The position numbers were made by a program, and so were the translations under genes. Under the pieces are notes generated by a model. The model ran no database searches. It saw only the letters and a program-made list of their open reading frames with translations, and was not told where the DNA came from. DNA of 64,000 bases from Anaerolineaceae bacterium (GTDB taxonomy: Bacteria; Chloroflexota; Anaerolineae; Anaerolineales; Anaerolineaceae): assembly GCA_034437335.1 (NCBI GenBank), contig DAOTUG010000002.1:27227-91226 (forward strand), given 5' to 3'. This document shows, piece by piece, positions 38,764 to 47,177 of the stretch (within the stretch, counting starts at the first letter, position 1; every line of letters begins with the position of its first letter).

Positions 38764-39402
38764 TCAGAGGGTGAATCCACAGGCCCGCAGGATTGTCAGG
38801 GCAATCAGCATGTGCCCTTCCTCGGTGGGGTGAATGCGGTCCGTGGTCCAATAGCTGGCGGGTTTGGAGAGCATGGCCCAATCGAAGGCGGGTTGGAGAT
38901 GGATCACCGGGAGGTTGAACTCCTGGCCCAGTTTGTCAATCACGGCCTGATAATGGGTCAGTTTCTTCCGGAAGGGATTCTCCAAATCTTTTTCGGCCAG
39001 AAAGGGGGAGACCAGACGAATTGCGGCCTCGGTGTTGGTCCTGGCGCCGTTGATCAACTGGCGGTAAGTGTTTTCAAATTCCGGCAGGTTGACGGCTTCT
39101 TCCCGTTCCCCTTCAAAGAAGCGCCAGACATCATTGATCCCGATGTAGAGGAAGAGCCAATCCGGCTGAATGGATAAGACATCCGTCTTCCACCGAGCCT
39201 TGAGGTCGGTGACCCGGTTGCCGCTGATGCCTTTGTTGAGGATGCTCAGATTCAGTTCCGGGTATCCAGTTTGGAGGAGCAGGTGAATATTCCGCACATA
39301 ACCTGTCCCCAGGGGTGTGTGGGTTGCTTCTTCCCTTTGGCTGTCGGTGATGCTGTCGCCGATGAATTCGAGGGTGTCTTTGGCTTTGAACAGGAGAGTC
39401 AT
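38764..39402 (-). CDS. SGNH/GDSL hydrolase family protein
   Basis: 212 aa from ATG 39402. SGNH blocks present: FIGDSITD, GISGN, GIND, DRIHPT. The longer ORF (to 39651) would overlap the uidA coding region. Confidence 0.8.
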   Translation of the reverse strand: MTLLFKAKDTLEFIGDSITDSQREEATHTPLGTGYVRNIHLLLQTGYPELNLSILNKGISGNRVTDLKARWKTDVLSIQPDWLFLYIGINDVWRFFEGEREEAVNLPEFENTYRQLINGARTNTEAAIRLVSPFLAEKDLENPFRKKLTHYQAVIDKLGQEFNLPVIHLQPAFDWAMLSKPASYWTTDRIHPTEEGHMLIALTILRACGFTL

Positions 39403-39406
39403 GGGT

Positions 39407-41134
39407 TCACTCGCTTTCTTTTTTCCAACATTCTCGTAACCGGTGTGCGGCCAGCTTTGGCCGCCGATCCCGGGTGAAGACGCCTTTATAATTATATCCT
39501 CCCATGCGGGTGACTGCCTGGGATGTTTTGAAGTCGCACAGATTCCAGACGTGTTCCCCGACCACAAAGGGTTTGCTTCGGAGCATATTGATGGTCCGGA
39601 GAAGAAACTCGGCCTGGTATTCTTCGCTGAACATCTCCGGGGGCTGGGCATGGTGGCCCGGAATGGTATCGGCTCCGAATTCCGTCAGCACCAGGGGTTT
39701 TTGATAGGTTTCATGGAGCATGTCCAGTTCGGCGGAGAGGAATTGGACACCCTGGTCAATTTGTCCCGATTCCTGATACCATCCAAAATACCGATTCAGG
39801 CACATGAAATCCAGAAATTCAAAGGACTCCTCGATGAGTCCCATACAGCTCACCAGAGTCACTGGGCGGGAGGGGTCCAGATCTCGGGCCAGATCGAACA
39901 ATTCCCTGAAGAAGGCTTTGGCCTCCGGTCGGCCGGAATGGGGTTCATTGGCCAAACTCCAGGCGATCACACTGGGATGGTTTTTGTCCCGCTGGATCAT
40001 CTCCCGGGTGAACTGGCGGCACAGCGCCAGACGCCGATTGTAGCCGTCCGGGTTGAAAAAGAGTCCCACCGCCGGGGTTTCGTCAATCACCAGAAATCCG
40101 AGACGGTCCGCCAGAGTCATCATCTCATCGGAGTAGGGATAGTGGGTGGTGCGGAAGGAATTGGCCCCCATCCACTGCATCAGGGCGTAATCCTTGATGA
40201 TCACAGCCGGCACCAGGCCTTTTCCCGTGATGGGAAAATCTTCATGGCGGCCAAAACCCCGCAGGGTAATAGGCTGCCCGTTGAGGAGGAATTGGTCCCC
40301 ATCAATCTGGACCGTGCGTACACCCACAGGGAGGGTGTAGGCATCGGATTCGGCTCCGTCCGTCATCAACGAGACAGTCAGAGCGTAGAGGAAGGGGGAT
40401 TCCGGGGACCAGGCCCGCACCTCCGGGAGGGTTAAGCGCACGGTCCCCTGACCTTCGGCTGTCAGCTCCTTACCACTTCCGGAGAGCACGGCCCTGATTG
40501 GGGCATCGGCAGGCTCCACCCCGACCTGGACCCAGCCGGAGGAACCCTCCAGGCCGGTGACGACTGTCAGGTCTTTCAGAGCCTTCCGGGGCTGGCAGGT
40601 GAGGAGCACAGGGCGGTGAATGCCGCAGTAAGGGAAGAAATCGTATTGGGTTTGGGGAAAATTTTCATTGTGGCTGGGAAAGAAGTCCAGATCGCTTCCG
40701 GTGATGTTTCCCGGGGGCACCCGGTCTCCTGCCAGGCGGCCATCCACCCGCAGAACCACCTGGTTGTCCCGCTCCGCCACCTGATCGGTCACATCGAAGC
40801 GAAAGGGCAGGTGGCCGCCTTCATGGCTTCCCAATAGTTCGCCGTTCAACCAAACCTTTGCTATATAGTTGACGGAGTTGAAGCGGAGGAAGATGCGCTG
40901 TCCACGCCATCCCCAGGGCAGGTCAAAGCGGGTTGCATACCAGGCTGGACCCAAAAAATCCCGGCCATCCTCAAATTGGTCATTCCAACTGGCGGGGACA
41001 GCGATGGGACGTGAGTCGGGAAAGCCCCGTTGCCAGTCCTCTCGCAGACCGCGGTCGTCGGGATCGAAGCGGAAGTCCCAGAAACCGGATAAATCAGTCC
41101 ACTGTCGGTACGCGTTACGGATAGGGGAAAGCAT
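39407..41134 (-). CDS. uidA: beta-glucuronidase, glycoside hydrolase family 2
   Basis: NSFRTTHYPY, WSLANEP, VLTEFG. ATG at 41134 is preceded by GGAGG 5 nt upstream; the alternative ATG is at 41149. Confidence 0.85.
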   Translation of the reverse strand: MLSPIRNAYRQWTDLSGFWDFRFDPDDRGLREDWQRGFPDSRPIAVPASWNDQFEDGRDFLGPAWYATRFDLPWGWRGQRIFLRFNSVNYIAKVWLNGELLGSHEGGHLPFRFDVTDQVAERDNQVVLRVDGRLAGDRVPPGNITGSDLDFFPSHNENFPQTQYDFFPYCGIHRPVLLTCQPRKALKDLTVVTGLEGSSGWVQVGVEPADAPIRAVLSGSGKELTAEGQGTVRLTLPEVRAWSPESPFLYALTVSLMTDGAESDAYTLPVGVRTVQIDGDQFLLNGQPITLRGFGRHEDFPITGKGLVPAVIIKDYALMQWMGANSFRTTHYPYSDEMMTLADRLGFLVIDETPAVGLFFNPDGYNRRLALCRQFTREMIQRDKNHPSVIAWSLANEPHSGRPEAKAFFRELFDLARDLDPSRPVTLVSCMGLIEESFEFLDFMCLNRYFGWYQESGQIDQGVQFLSAELDMLHETYQKPLVLTEFGADTIPGHHAQPPEMFSEEYQAEFLLRTINMLRSKPFVVGEHVWNLCDFKTSQAVTRMGGYNYKGVFTRDRRPKLAAHRLRECWKKESE

Positions 41135-41303
41135 ACGGCCTCCATTCATGCTGGGGTGTCTCTATTTTATTATCCCATACATTATTTTATCCGGTTAGGA
41201 GCCGGTTTCCAGTATAATGTGATCGTGGAGATTCTTTCCCAAATTTATTCAGGGTGACCGCAAGATTTTTGTGATTCACGACCTTTTTTCATGGAGAATC
41301 CTA

Positions 41304-41336
41304 AAATATTTTGGCAGACAACCAAATATTTTGACA
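41304..41336 (+). promoter_or_regulatory. 13-nt direct repeat in the promoter region of the DUF2089 gene
   Basis: AAATATTTTGGCA (41304-41316) and AAATATTTTGACA (41324-41336), start-to-start 20 nt. The second copy contains TTGACA. TATGAT lies downstream. Confidence 0.4.
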
Positions 41337-41381
41337 AATCACCAAAAATATGATATCCTTTTCATTGAAGGAGTGTATGCT

Positions 41382-41768
41382 ATGAGTGCGTTGCCCCACA
41401 AGTGTCCCAGTTGTTCAGCCCCATTGCAGGTATCCCAGCTAAGCTGCTCGGTGTGCGACACGGTTGTCATGGGCCGCTATGAGATGAGCCCGTTGTTCCG
41501 GTTGTCGGCTGAAAGTCTCCGGTTTTTAGAGACTTTTATTCTCAACCGCGGCAATGTCAAGGAGATGGAACGCAACACGGGCCAGTCCTATTGGGCTATT
41601 CGGCGGCGTCTGGACGAGGTGATTGAAGAGATGGACCTGGAGAGCCGGCCGCCGGAAGATGATGTGCGAGAGGAGCGGGGAGAGATCCTCAACCGTCTGA
41701 AGGCGGGGGAGATCACCGTTCAGGAAGCGGCTGCACGCCTGCGCAAGCTGGGAGAAAAAGACCAATGA
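41382..41768 (+). CDS. DUF2089-like protein (N-terminal zinc ribbon)
   Basis: 128 aa from ATG 41382 (GAAGGAG 8 nt upstream). CPSC...CSVC zinc ribbon, then LRFLETFILNRGNVKEMERNTGQSYWAIRRRL (HTH-like). Confidence 0.6.
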   Translation: MSALPHKCPSCSAPLQVSQLSCSVCDTVVMGRYEMSPLFRLSAESLRFLETFILNRGNVKEMERNTGQSYWAIRRRLDEVIEEMDLESRPPEDDVREERGEILNRLKAGEITVQEAAARLRKLGEKDQ

Positions 41769-41786
41769 AATGACAAGGAGTTCGGT

Positions 41787-43286
41787 ATGCAACAAGATGA
41801 AAAAGATGAAAAAGATGTAATGGCCATCCTGGATATGGTCTCATCGGGACAGATCACGCCGGATGAGGGGGTACAGCTTCTGGAAGCCTTGCGGGCCAGC
41901 CATGGAAACCAGCGCCCCTCGCCCTACGACCCGCAGAAGACGCGCCACATTGCTGGTTTGCGCGAGGCCCTGACCTCAGTGGACATTGATGCCCCCAGCT
42001 TTGAGGAGCTGGATCATTTGCGGATGTTCCGCATCACCCCCCGCTTTATTGAAGAGATGCGGGCATTGGGGGTGCGGGTCAATGGAATTGGGGAGTGGGT
42101 GGATCTTGGGATCCATCATGTGACCCCGGCCTATGTCGCTGAGATGGCCGCTGCGGGCGTGGATCCCCTGTCCGTTGGGGAGCTGGTGGAATGCCGCATC
42201 CACAACGTGAAACCGGCGGTGGTCAGGAGCTTTAAAGAGGCCGGATTGGGGGAACTGGATCTGAATGACATCATTGAATTGTCCATGCACAATATCCGCC
42301 CCGAATTTGTGCAAGCCTACCGCGAGGCGGGATTGCAGAACCTCACTGTGCCGGACCTGGTTGAACTTGGGATTCATCGCATCCGCCCTGCAAGAGTGCA
42401 GGGGTTTGCTGATGCCGGGTTGGGAGACCTGTCGGTGAAGGAGATCATCCGCTTCGCCATCCACCGGATCCGGCCGGAATTTGTTCAGGCTTTTCGGGAG
42501 GCGGGTTTGGAGGACCTCAGCAAAGACGATCTGGTTGAATTTGGGATCCATAAAGTCCGGCCGGAGATGGTTATGGCTTTTCGGGATGCCGGATTGACAG
42601 ATCTTTCCGTCTCTGATCTGGTGGAATGCCGGATCCACAACATCACACCGGATTTTGTGCAGTCCTTCCGAGAGGCTGGTCTGGAGGATTTGACCATGGA
42701 CGAATTGGTGGAATGCCGGATTCACAAGGTCAATGCAGGGGTTTTACAGGCCTTTCGCGACGCGTTGGGTCCGCAGATCACCCTCGATGAGGTGGTGGAT
42801 GCGAGCATCCACGGCATTACTCCGGGACTTGTGGAAGCCTTTCAGGCAACGGGTTTCACGGGGTTCACCCTGGAGGATCTTATCGAATGCAAGCTTCATC
42901 ATGTGACGGTGGATTACCTCCGCAGGATGAAATCCACGGGGGTTGAATTTGGCTTGAAGACTCTGGTTGATTGCCGGATTCATCAGGTGGAACCTGAATT
43001 TATCCGGCGCTATCAGGAGGCGGGTCTGGATGATCTGTCCGTTCCTGATCTCATCGCGGCAAAACTTCATCGCATCCCACCGGAGGGGATCCTTGCCTTC
43101 CGGCAGGCCGGGTTTGACGCCTGGGGTCCACAGGACATTGCTCCTTATTATTCCGTTGGGGTGCCGGCGGACTATGTGCGCGATCTGATGGATGTGGGCA
43201 TTGTCGAACCCGGGGAGATTATCAAGGCCTTTCAGGATCAGGTGACTCCGGAGGATGTCAGGCTCCTTCTCAAGAATGGGGAATGA
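41787..43286 (+). CDS. repeat protein: LiaX/SHOCT-like N-terminal helix plus about 14 tandem 29-residue repeats
   Basis: 499 aa with N-terminal ILDMVSSGQITPDEGVQLLEAL. From about aa 76 onward there is a 29-aa period with consensus [VI][ED]x[RG]IHx[VI]xPEF[VI]xxFR[ED]AGLxDLxxxDL. Confidence 0.7.
   Translation: MQQDEKDEKDVMAILDMVSSGQITPDEGVQLLEALRASHGNQRPSPYDPQKTRHIAGLREALTSVDIDAPSFEELDHLRMFRITPRFIEEMRALGVRVNGIGEWVDLGIHHVTPAYVAEMAAAGVDPLSVGELVECRIHNVKPAVVRSFKEAGLGELDLNDIIELSMHNIRPEFVQAYREAGLQNLTVPDLVELGIHRIRPARVQGFADAGLGDLSVKEIIRFAIHRIRPEFVQAFREAGLEDLSKDDLVEFGIHKVRPEMVMAFRDAGLTDLSVSDLVECRIHNITPDFVQSFREAGLEDLTMDELVECRIHKVNAGVLQAFRDALGPQITLDEVVDASIHGITPGLVEAFQATGFTGFTLEDLIECKLHHVTVDYLRRMKSTGVEFGLKTLVDCRIHQVEPEFIRRYQEAGLDDLSVPDLIAAKLHRIPPEGILAFRQAGFDAWGPQDIAPYYSVGVPADYVRDLMDVGIVEPGEIIKAFQDQVTPEDVRLLLKNGE
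42012..43283 (+). repeat. intragenic 87-bp tandem repeat array (about 14-15 units)
   Basis: Repeat starts fall at aa 105, 134, 163, 192, 221, 250, 279, 308, 337, 366, 394 and 423. DNA-level recurrences include GGTGGAATGCCG[CG]AT[CT]CACAA at about 42184, 42619 and 42706. Confidence 0.8.
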
Positions 43287-43310
43287 TCTTGCCGAGAATG
43301 TGATGTTACA

Positions 43311-43348
43311 GCGCAGAAAAGCCGTCCCGTTGGACGGCTTTTCTGCGC
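43311..43348. terminator. 17-bp perfect hairpin (bidirectional terminator candidate)
   Basis: GCGCAGAAAAGCCGTCC-cgtt-GGACGGCTTTTCTGCGC. The inner stem is flanked by A4/T4 runs. Confidence 0.65.
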
Positions 43349-43388
43349 ACCCTGTTATTGGCGAATAACAGAATCCCCTCAAAAACGA

Positions 43389-44103
43389 CTAAAAATCATC
43401 CTCCCCTCCCGAAACGGCGCTCCAATGTTCACGCAAAATCTCTCCCAGACGACAAGCGGCCAGATCCGCATTGCGAACTTCAAAAGACATGTTATAATCG
43501 CTGAAAGCGATGATTGAAAAGAAAGGGCCAATCTCCCGTGTAAAAACATTGGTCTCACCCCAATTCTTCTCTGCAGAAGCGGCTTCCTCATCATATACCA
43601 AACTGGGCTGCGGTTACAAAAAATGCAGCAGACGCGGCTCATAAAGGAAAGGATCCCTCTCGCCATCAGCATTGATGGGTTCTCCCCACAAGTCAGGGGA
43701 CTCCCTGCTGCTGCCATAGAAATTTTTTCAGCAGACCAGAGCAAAGGCGTTTTTCCAAGATGAGCCTTGAAAACACCCACAGTCGCATTAAGCTCTTCAC
43801 CCATATAAAGAGGAATGAGATCTTTTTGCTCCCGGTCCCTTTTCCCCCACACAGGATCATTCAAAGTCTTTGCTGATACACTGCTTTTGAGATCCCCCCA
43901 CCAACCATATAAAACGTCGGCAAAAACAGCCCTTCACGCACCAGGCAGCGCTTATGCGCTGCCTGAACAGAAAAGGTGGGGACTGTCTTCGTCCCTAATT
44001 CAGGAAAAACATAACTACCCATCCTTGTCTCCTTAAAAACGTAAACCGAAAAAAAAGGACAACAAACAGCAACATCATGCCCAACTTGGTTAACGATATT
44101 CAA
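43389..44103 (-). pseudogene. frameshifted remnant of an unknown protein gene in an AT-rich island
   Basis: Three abutting same-strand ORF fragments in different frames: 44103-43861, 43864 to about 43650, and 43601-43389. Local GC is clearly lower than the flanks. Confidence 0.35.
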
Positions 44104-44299
44104 TCATGACTAATAACAGATGCGCTATCATCCGTTGCCCTAAAAAAGCGCCGAATGTACGATGAGGCCTCAGAGACAAACAGGATTTTCTATATTGATA
44201 GGAACACAGGAAAAATAAAAGCTGAAGGAAATTTAATTGATAACATCATCCACTACTCATGAGAATTTGGACAAAAATTTTCCTGTTATTCGCGCACCC

Positions 44300-44362
44300 T
44301 TGACAAAAGATACAAAGGGGATTAGTATATGCAGAGAACCTTATATATCAATTACTGAATAT
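44300..44362 (+). promoter_or_regulatory. candidate promoter plus imperfect inverted repeat (possible ArsR/SmtB operator)
   Basis: TTGACA (44300-44305), 17-nt spacer, TAGTAT (44323-44328). ATATATCA-attac-TGAATAT at 44343-44362 abuts the ATG at 44361. Confidence 0.45.
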
Positions 44363-44687
44363 GATGAACTACGAGAACAAAGCGGATTTTTTTCATATGC
44401 TGGCCCATCCCGTCCGGCTGCAGATTTTGAATGAACTGCGCCGTGAGGCTGCCTGCGTATGTCATCTGCAGGCTGTCACGGGCCGTCCCCAGGCCTATGT
44501 GTCCCAGCAATTGCGCCTTCTGCGGGAAAGCGGTTTGGTGCGGGATGAAAAAGAGGGCCAGATGGTGTATTATCATCTGCTGGATGACCGGGTTCGCCTG
44601 GCGCTGGCGATTGTCTTGGGGGAATCTGGTCCCCCCTCCAGGCCTGCTGATTGCACTTGCCCTGTCTGCTCGGCGCAGTCCGCTTGA
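44361..44687 (+). CDS. ArsR/SmtB family metalloregulator
   Basis: 108 aa with the winged HTH FFHMLAHPVRLQILNELRREAACVCHLQAVTGRPQAYVSQQLRLLRESGLV. A CVC motif is in the alpha3 position and there is a C-terminal CTCPVC. Confidence 0.85.
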   Translation: MMNYENKADFFHMLAHPVRLQILNELRREAACVCHLQAVTGRPQAYVSQQLRLLRESGLVRDEKEGQMVYYHLLDDRVRLALAIVLGESGPPSRPADCTCPVCSAQSA

Positions 44688-44734
44688 TTTTTTATTGATA
44701 AATATGCAAAAAAATCTATATATGGAGATTTATT

Positions 44735-46090
44735 ATGGTAGGAGAATTTATCCTCTCGGTATTGCAATCAGGCCTCGGCGGGTTGGCGGCCTATCTGGCA
44801 GCCCATGTCCTGCTGTGTTTGTTGCCGGCTTTTTTCATCGCAGGCGCCCTGGCAGCCCTTTTGCCCAAGGAAGCGGTGACTCGCTATCTGGGTCGGGATG
44901 CATCCCGGTGGCTTTCCTATCCCGCTTCGGCCCTGGGTGGGTTTGTTCTGGCGGTCTGCTCGTGCACCATCATGCCCCTTTTCGCCAGCATTTATAAAAA
45001 AGGCGCAGGTCTTGGTCCGGCCATCACCTTTCTCTTTGTGGGGCCGGCAGTCAATATCCTGGCCATCTCTTTCACCGGCGTGCAGATTGGGATGGATATT
45101 GCCCTGGCTCGTGTGTTCCTGGCCCTGGTCTTCGGGATCCTGATTGGCCTCGTGATGGCCTGGGTGTTCCGCAAAGAGGACGCTGCCCATGCCGCTGAAA
45201 CGGCAAAGGGGACCTTATTCAAGGGTCGGGCCGGGATCCCCGGAAAGATTGGTTTGTTTTTTCTCCTGCTCTTGAGCATTCTCATCGCCGGAACCTTGCA
45301 GATCGCCCTTCTGCGGGATTCGTTATTTTCGTTTACCATCCCAGGGATTTGGGCCCTCAGCCTGCAAAACCGTCTCGATCAGGTGATTCCGCCTAATCCC
45401 GGGCTGGGCATTGAGGGCGTCACCGTGCAGGGCCTGGTCTTGATTGGCTTATTGATCCTGATAGCCCTGTTGGCTCTCAAGGGTTTCAAACGCATAGACC
45501 GGGAATTGACCCCCTGGACAGTTCTCACCTTGGGGCTGATCACACTGACCCTGCTTTTCGCGTCACTGACGGTGGATGCTTCCCCGGAGGGGTTATGGGT
45601 TGGGATCACAGGCCGTCTGGTAGCGGAGACCCTTCTTCTGGCCGGAGCCTGGTGGGTGGCAGTGCGTCTCCTGGACGCCTCCGAACGGCGGGAATGGTTG
45701 TGGGAGGCTTGGCGGTTTGTGAAACAGATTATGCCTCTGCTGCTGGTGGGGGTCTTCCTGGCTTCCATCGCCCGGGCGCTGATTCCTCCCGTCTGGATCC
45801 AAACCCTGGCCGGGCGAAATACCTTGTGGGCCAACCTGGCGGGTGTGCTCTTTGGGGTCTTCATGTATTTTCCGACGTTGGTGGAGGTGCCGGTGGCGCA
45901 AACCTTCCTCGCCCTAGGGATGCACCGAGGACCTCTGCTGGCATATCTGCTGGCAGATCCGGAACTCAGTTTGCAGTCCATTCTGATCACGAGCTCGGTG
46001 ATTGGCAAGAAGAAAACGGCGTTGTATGTGGTCCTGGTTACAATTTTCAGCACCTTGTCCGGGCTGATCTTTGGTTGGTTTATTCAATAA
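44735..46090 (+). CDS. permease, DUF318/ArsP-like family
   Basis: 451 aa, polytopic. The segment VCSCTIMPLF is typical of this permease family. Followed by a small thioredoxin-fold gene, as is common for the family. Confidence 0.65.
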   Translation: MVGEFILSVLQSGLGGLAAYLAAHVLLCLLPAFFIAGALAALLPKEAVTRYLGRDASRWLSYPASALGGFVLAVCSCTIMPLFASIYKKGAGLGPAITFLFVGPAVNILAISFTGVQIGMDIALARVFLALVFGILIGLVMAWVFRKEDAAHAAETAKGTLFKGRAGIPGKIGLFFLLLLSILIAGTLQIALLRDSLFSFTIPGIWALSLQNRLDQVIPPNPGLGIEGVTVQGLVLIGLLILIALLALKGFKRIDRELTPWTVLTLGLITLTLLFASLTVDASPEGLWVGITGRLVAETLLLAGAWWVAVRLLDASERREWLWEAWRFVKQIMPLLLVGVFLASIARALIPPVWIQTLAGRNTLWANLAGVLFGVFMYFPTLVEVPVAQTFLALGMHRGPLLAYLLADPELSLQSILITSSVIGKKKTALYVVLVTIFSTLSGLIFGWFIQ

Positions 46091-46106
46091 ACAGTGGAAG
46101 GAGTGT

Positions 46107-46352
46107 ATGCACATGGATATCAAGATATTGGGTGGGGGTTGCTCAAAATGCGAACGACTGGAATCCCTGGCCCGAGAGGCCGCGGCCGAGTTGGATCTGG
46201 AGGCGAATTTCATCAAGATCGAATCGCTGCAGGAAATCATGGCGTATGATGTTATGGTCACTCCGGCCCTGGTGATCGGCGATTCAGTCAAATCTTCCGG
46301 ACGCTTGCCAACTGTGGATGAGATCAAAGGATGGTTGTCCGAAGTGCTCTAG
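46107..46352 (+). CDS. thioredoxin-fold protein (redox-active disulfide protein 2-like)
   Basis: 81 aa, MHMDIKILGGGCSKCERL with a CxxC motif. GGAAGGAG Shine-Dalgarno before the ATG at 46107. Confidence 0.7.
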   Translation: MHMDIKILGGGCSKCERLESLAREAAAELDLEANFIKIESLQEIMAYDVMVTPALVIGDSVKSSGRLPTVDEIKGWLSEVL

Positions 46353-46437
46353 GGGGCGTCTTCCTCTGAGAGATCGGTTTGGCGGTTGATCTGTTACCAT
46401 AGCCATCTCCACGCTTTCCCATGGTAAAATTTTTCAA

Positions 46438-46782
46438 ATGGACCGGCTGGAAAGGAAAGCGATGGAAAAGAACAAGACAATCATGATCATTGCCCTGGTT
46501 TCAATTCTTGCATGCGGCTGTCCGGGATGTGTTCTCCTGATCCCCGGCATCAATGCCTTTACGGGCGCTCTTGGAGGAATCCAGACGGGACAGGATTTGC
46601 TGGACAGCGCGGTGAAGGGCTTCCTCAATGGGGGGTGGATGGTTTGTCTGGGCGGCCTGCTGATTCTGGTGCCCTTCGTGTTGGTGATGATCACCGTGCT
46701 CAGGGGGGGCAAGGGGAAAAAGGTGGATGCTCTGGAACCGACGGGGGTTTCCAAGGATGACCCCATCCCGCCCACAACCTGA
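46438..46782 (+). CDS. hypothetical small membrane protein
   Basis: 114 aa with two predicted TM helices and a CGCPGC motif in the first. An alternative start lies at 46462. Confidence 0.45.
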   Translation: MDRLERKAMEKNKTIMIIALVSILACGCPGCVLLIPGINAFTGALGGIQTGQDLLDSAVKGFLNGGWMVCLGGLLILVPFVLVMITVLRGGKGKKVDALEPTGVSKDDPIPPTT

Positions 46783-46811
46783 GCGTGCCGGGGTGAGGTG
46801 AGGATGGAACA

Positions 46812-47108
46812 GTGATGGAAGTCTCCCTGGAAAAACTGCGCCGCATCTTTGACCGGTTGTGTGAGAACCTGGAGGAAAACGGGATCGGGTTCGTAAGAAT
46901 CGAATCGGACTATTACTGGCACATTCCCGACGATGCGCGGTATGATCCTTATCGGGAACCGGAGGCCCTGAATCTGGGGCAGCTTTCGGATGATATCCTT
47001 CTGTTGGAAAAACTGATCACAGGGGACCGGGAACCCATAGGCCTGGATTGGGTGCATTTTGCAGCCATTCTGGAAGCCATTGGGAACACCCATGATTTCC
47101 ACGCCTGA
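46812..47108 (+). CDS. hypothetical protein
   Basis: 98 aa, acidic and soluble. GTG at 46812 with an ATG one codon downstream. A GAGGTGAGGA Shine-Dalgarno region lies upstream and a terminator follows. Confidence 0.45.
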   Translation: MMEVSLEKLRRIFDRLCENLEENGIGFVRIESDYYWHIPDDARYDPYREPEALNLGQLSDDILLLEKLITGDREPIGLDWVHFAAILEAIGNTHDFHA

Positions 47109-47125
47109 TCTTCCGGCAAATGAAA

Positions 47126-47149
47126 AAAACGCCCCCATCGGGGCGTTTT
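47126..47149. terminator. bidirectional rho-independent terminator
   Basis: AAAACGCCCC-catc-GGGGCGTTTT, between convergent genes ending at 47108 (+) and 47178 (-). Confidence 0.75.
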
Positions 47150-47177
47150 GTGATTCTCTTTTAGAGTTGTTTTCATT

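Noticed and set aside
37927-39177. 416-aa plus-strand ORF
   Set aside because: It overlaps the UxaE-like and SGNH hydrolase genes on the opposite strand, and its Gly/Pro/Gln-rich sequence has no motifs.
38764-39651. Full 295-aa version of the SGNH hydrolase ORF
   Set aside because: The first 83 codons overlap the 3' end of uidA in another frame and are not SGNH-like. The ATG at 39402 starts right before the GDS block, 4 nt after the uidA stop.
39443-40435. 330-aa plus-strand ORF antisense to uidA
   Set aside because: Antisense artefact; the minus frame has GH2 beta-glucuronidase motifs.
41976-42725. 249-aa minus-strand ORF that is itself repetitive
   Set aside because: Its periodicity simply mirrors the 87-bp repeats of the plus-strand repeat-protein gene. 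That plus-strand gene has a Shine-Dalgarno sequence, a start context and a conserved amphipathic repeat consensus.
43379-43864. 161-aa ORF as an intact gene
   Set aside because: Its C-terminal half (Cys/Trp/Arg/Met-rich) looks out of frame, while an overlapping frame (43389-43601) gives a more protein-like sequence. It is interpreted as part of a frameshifted remnant.
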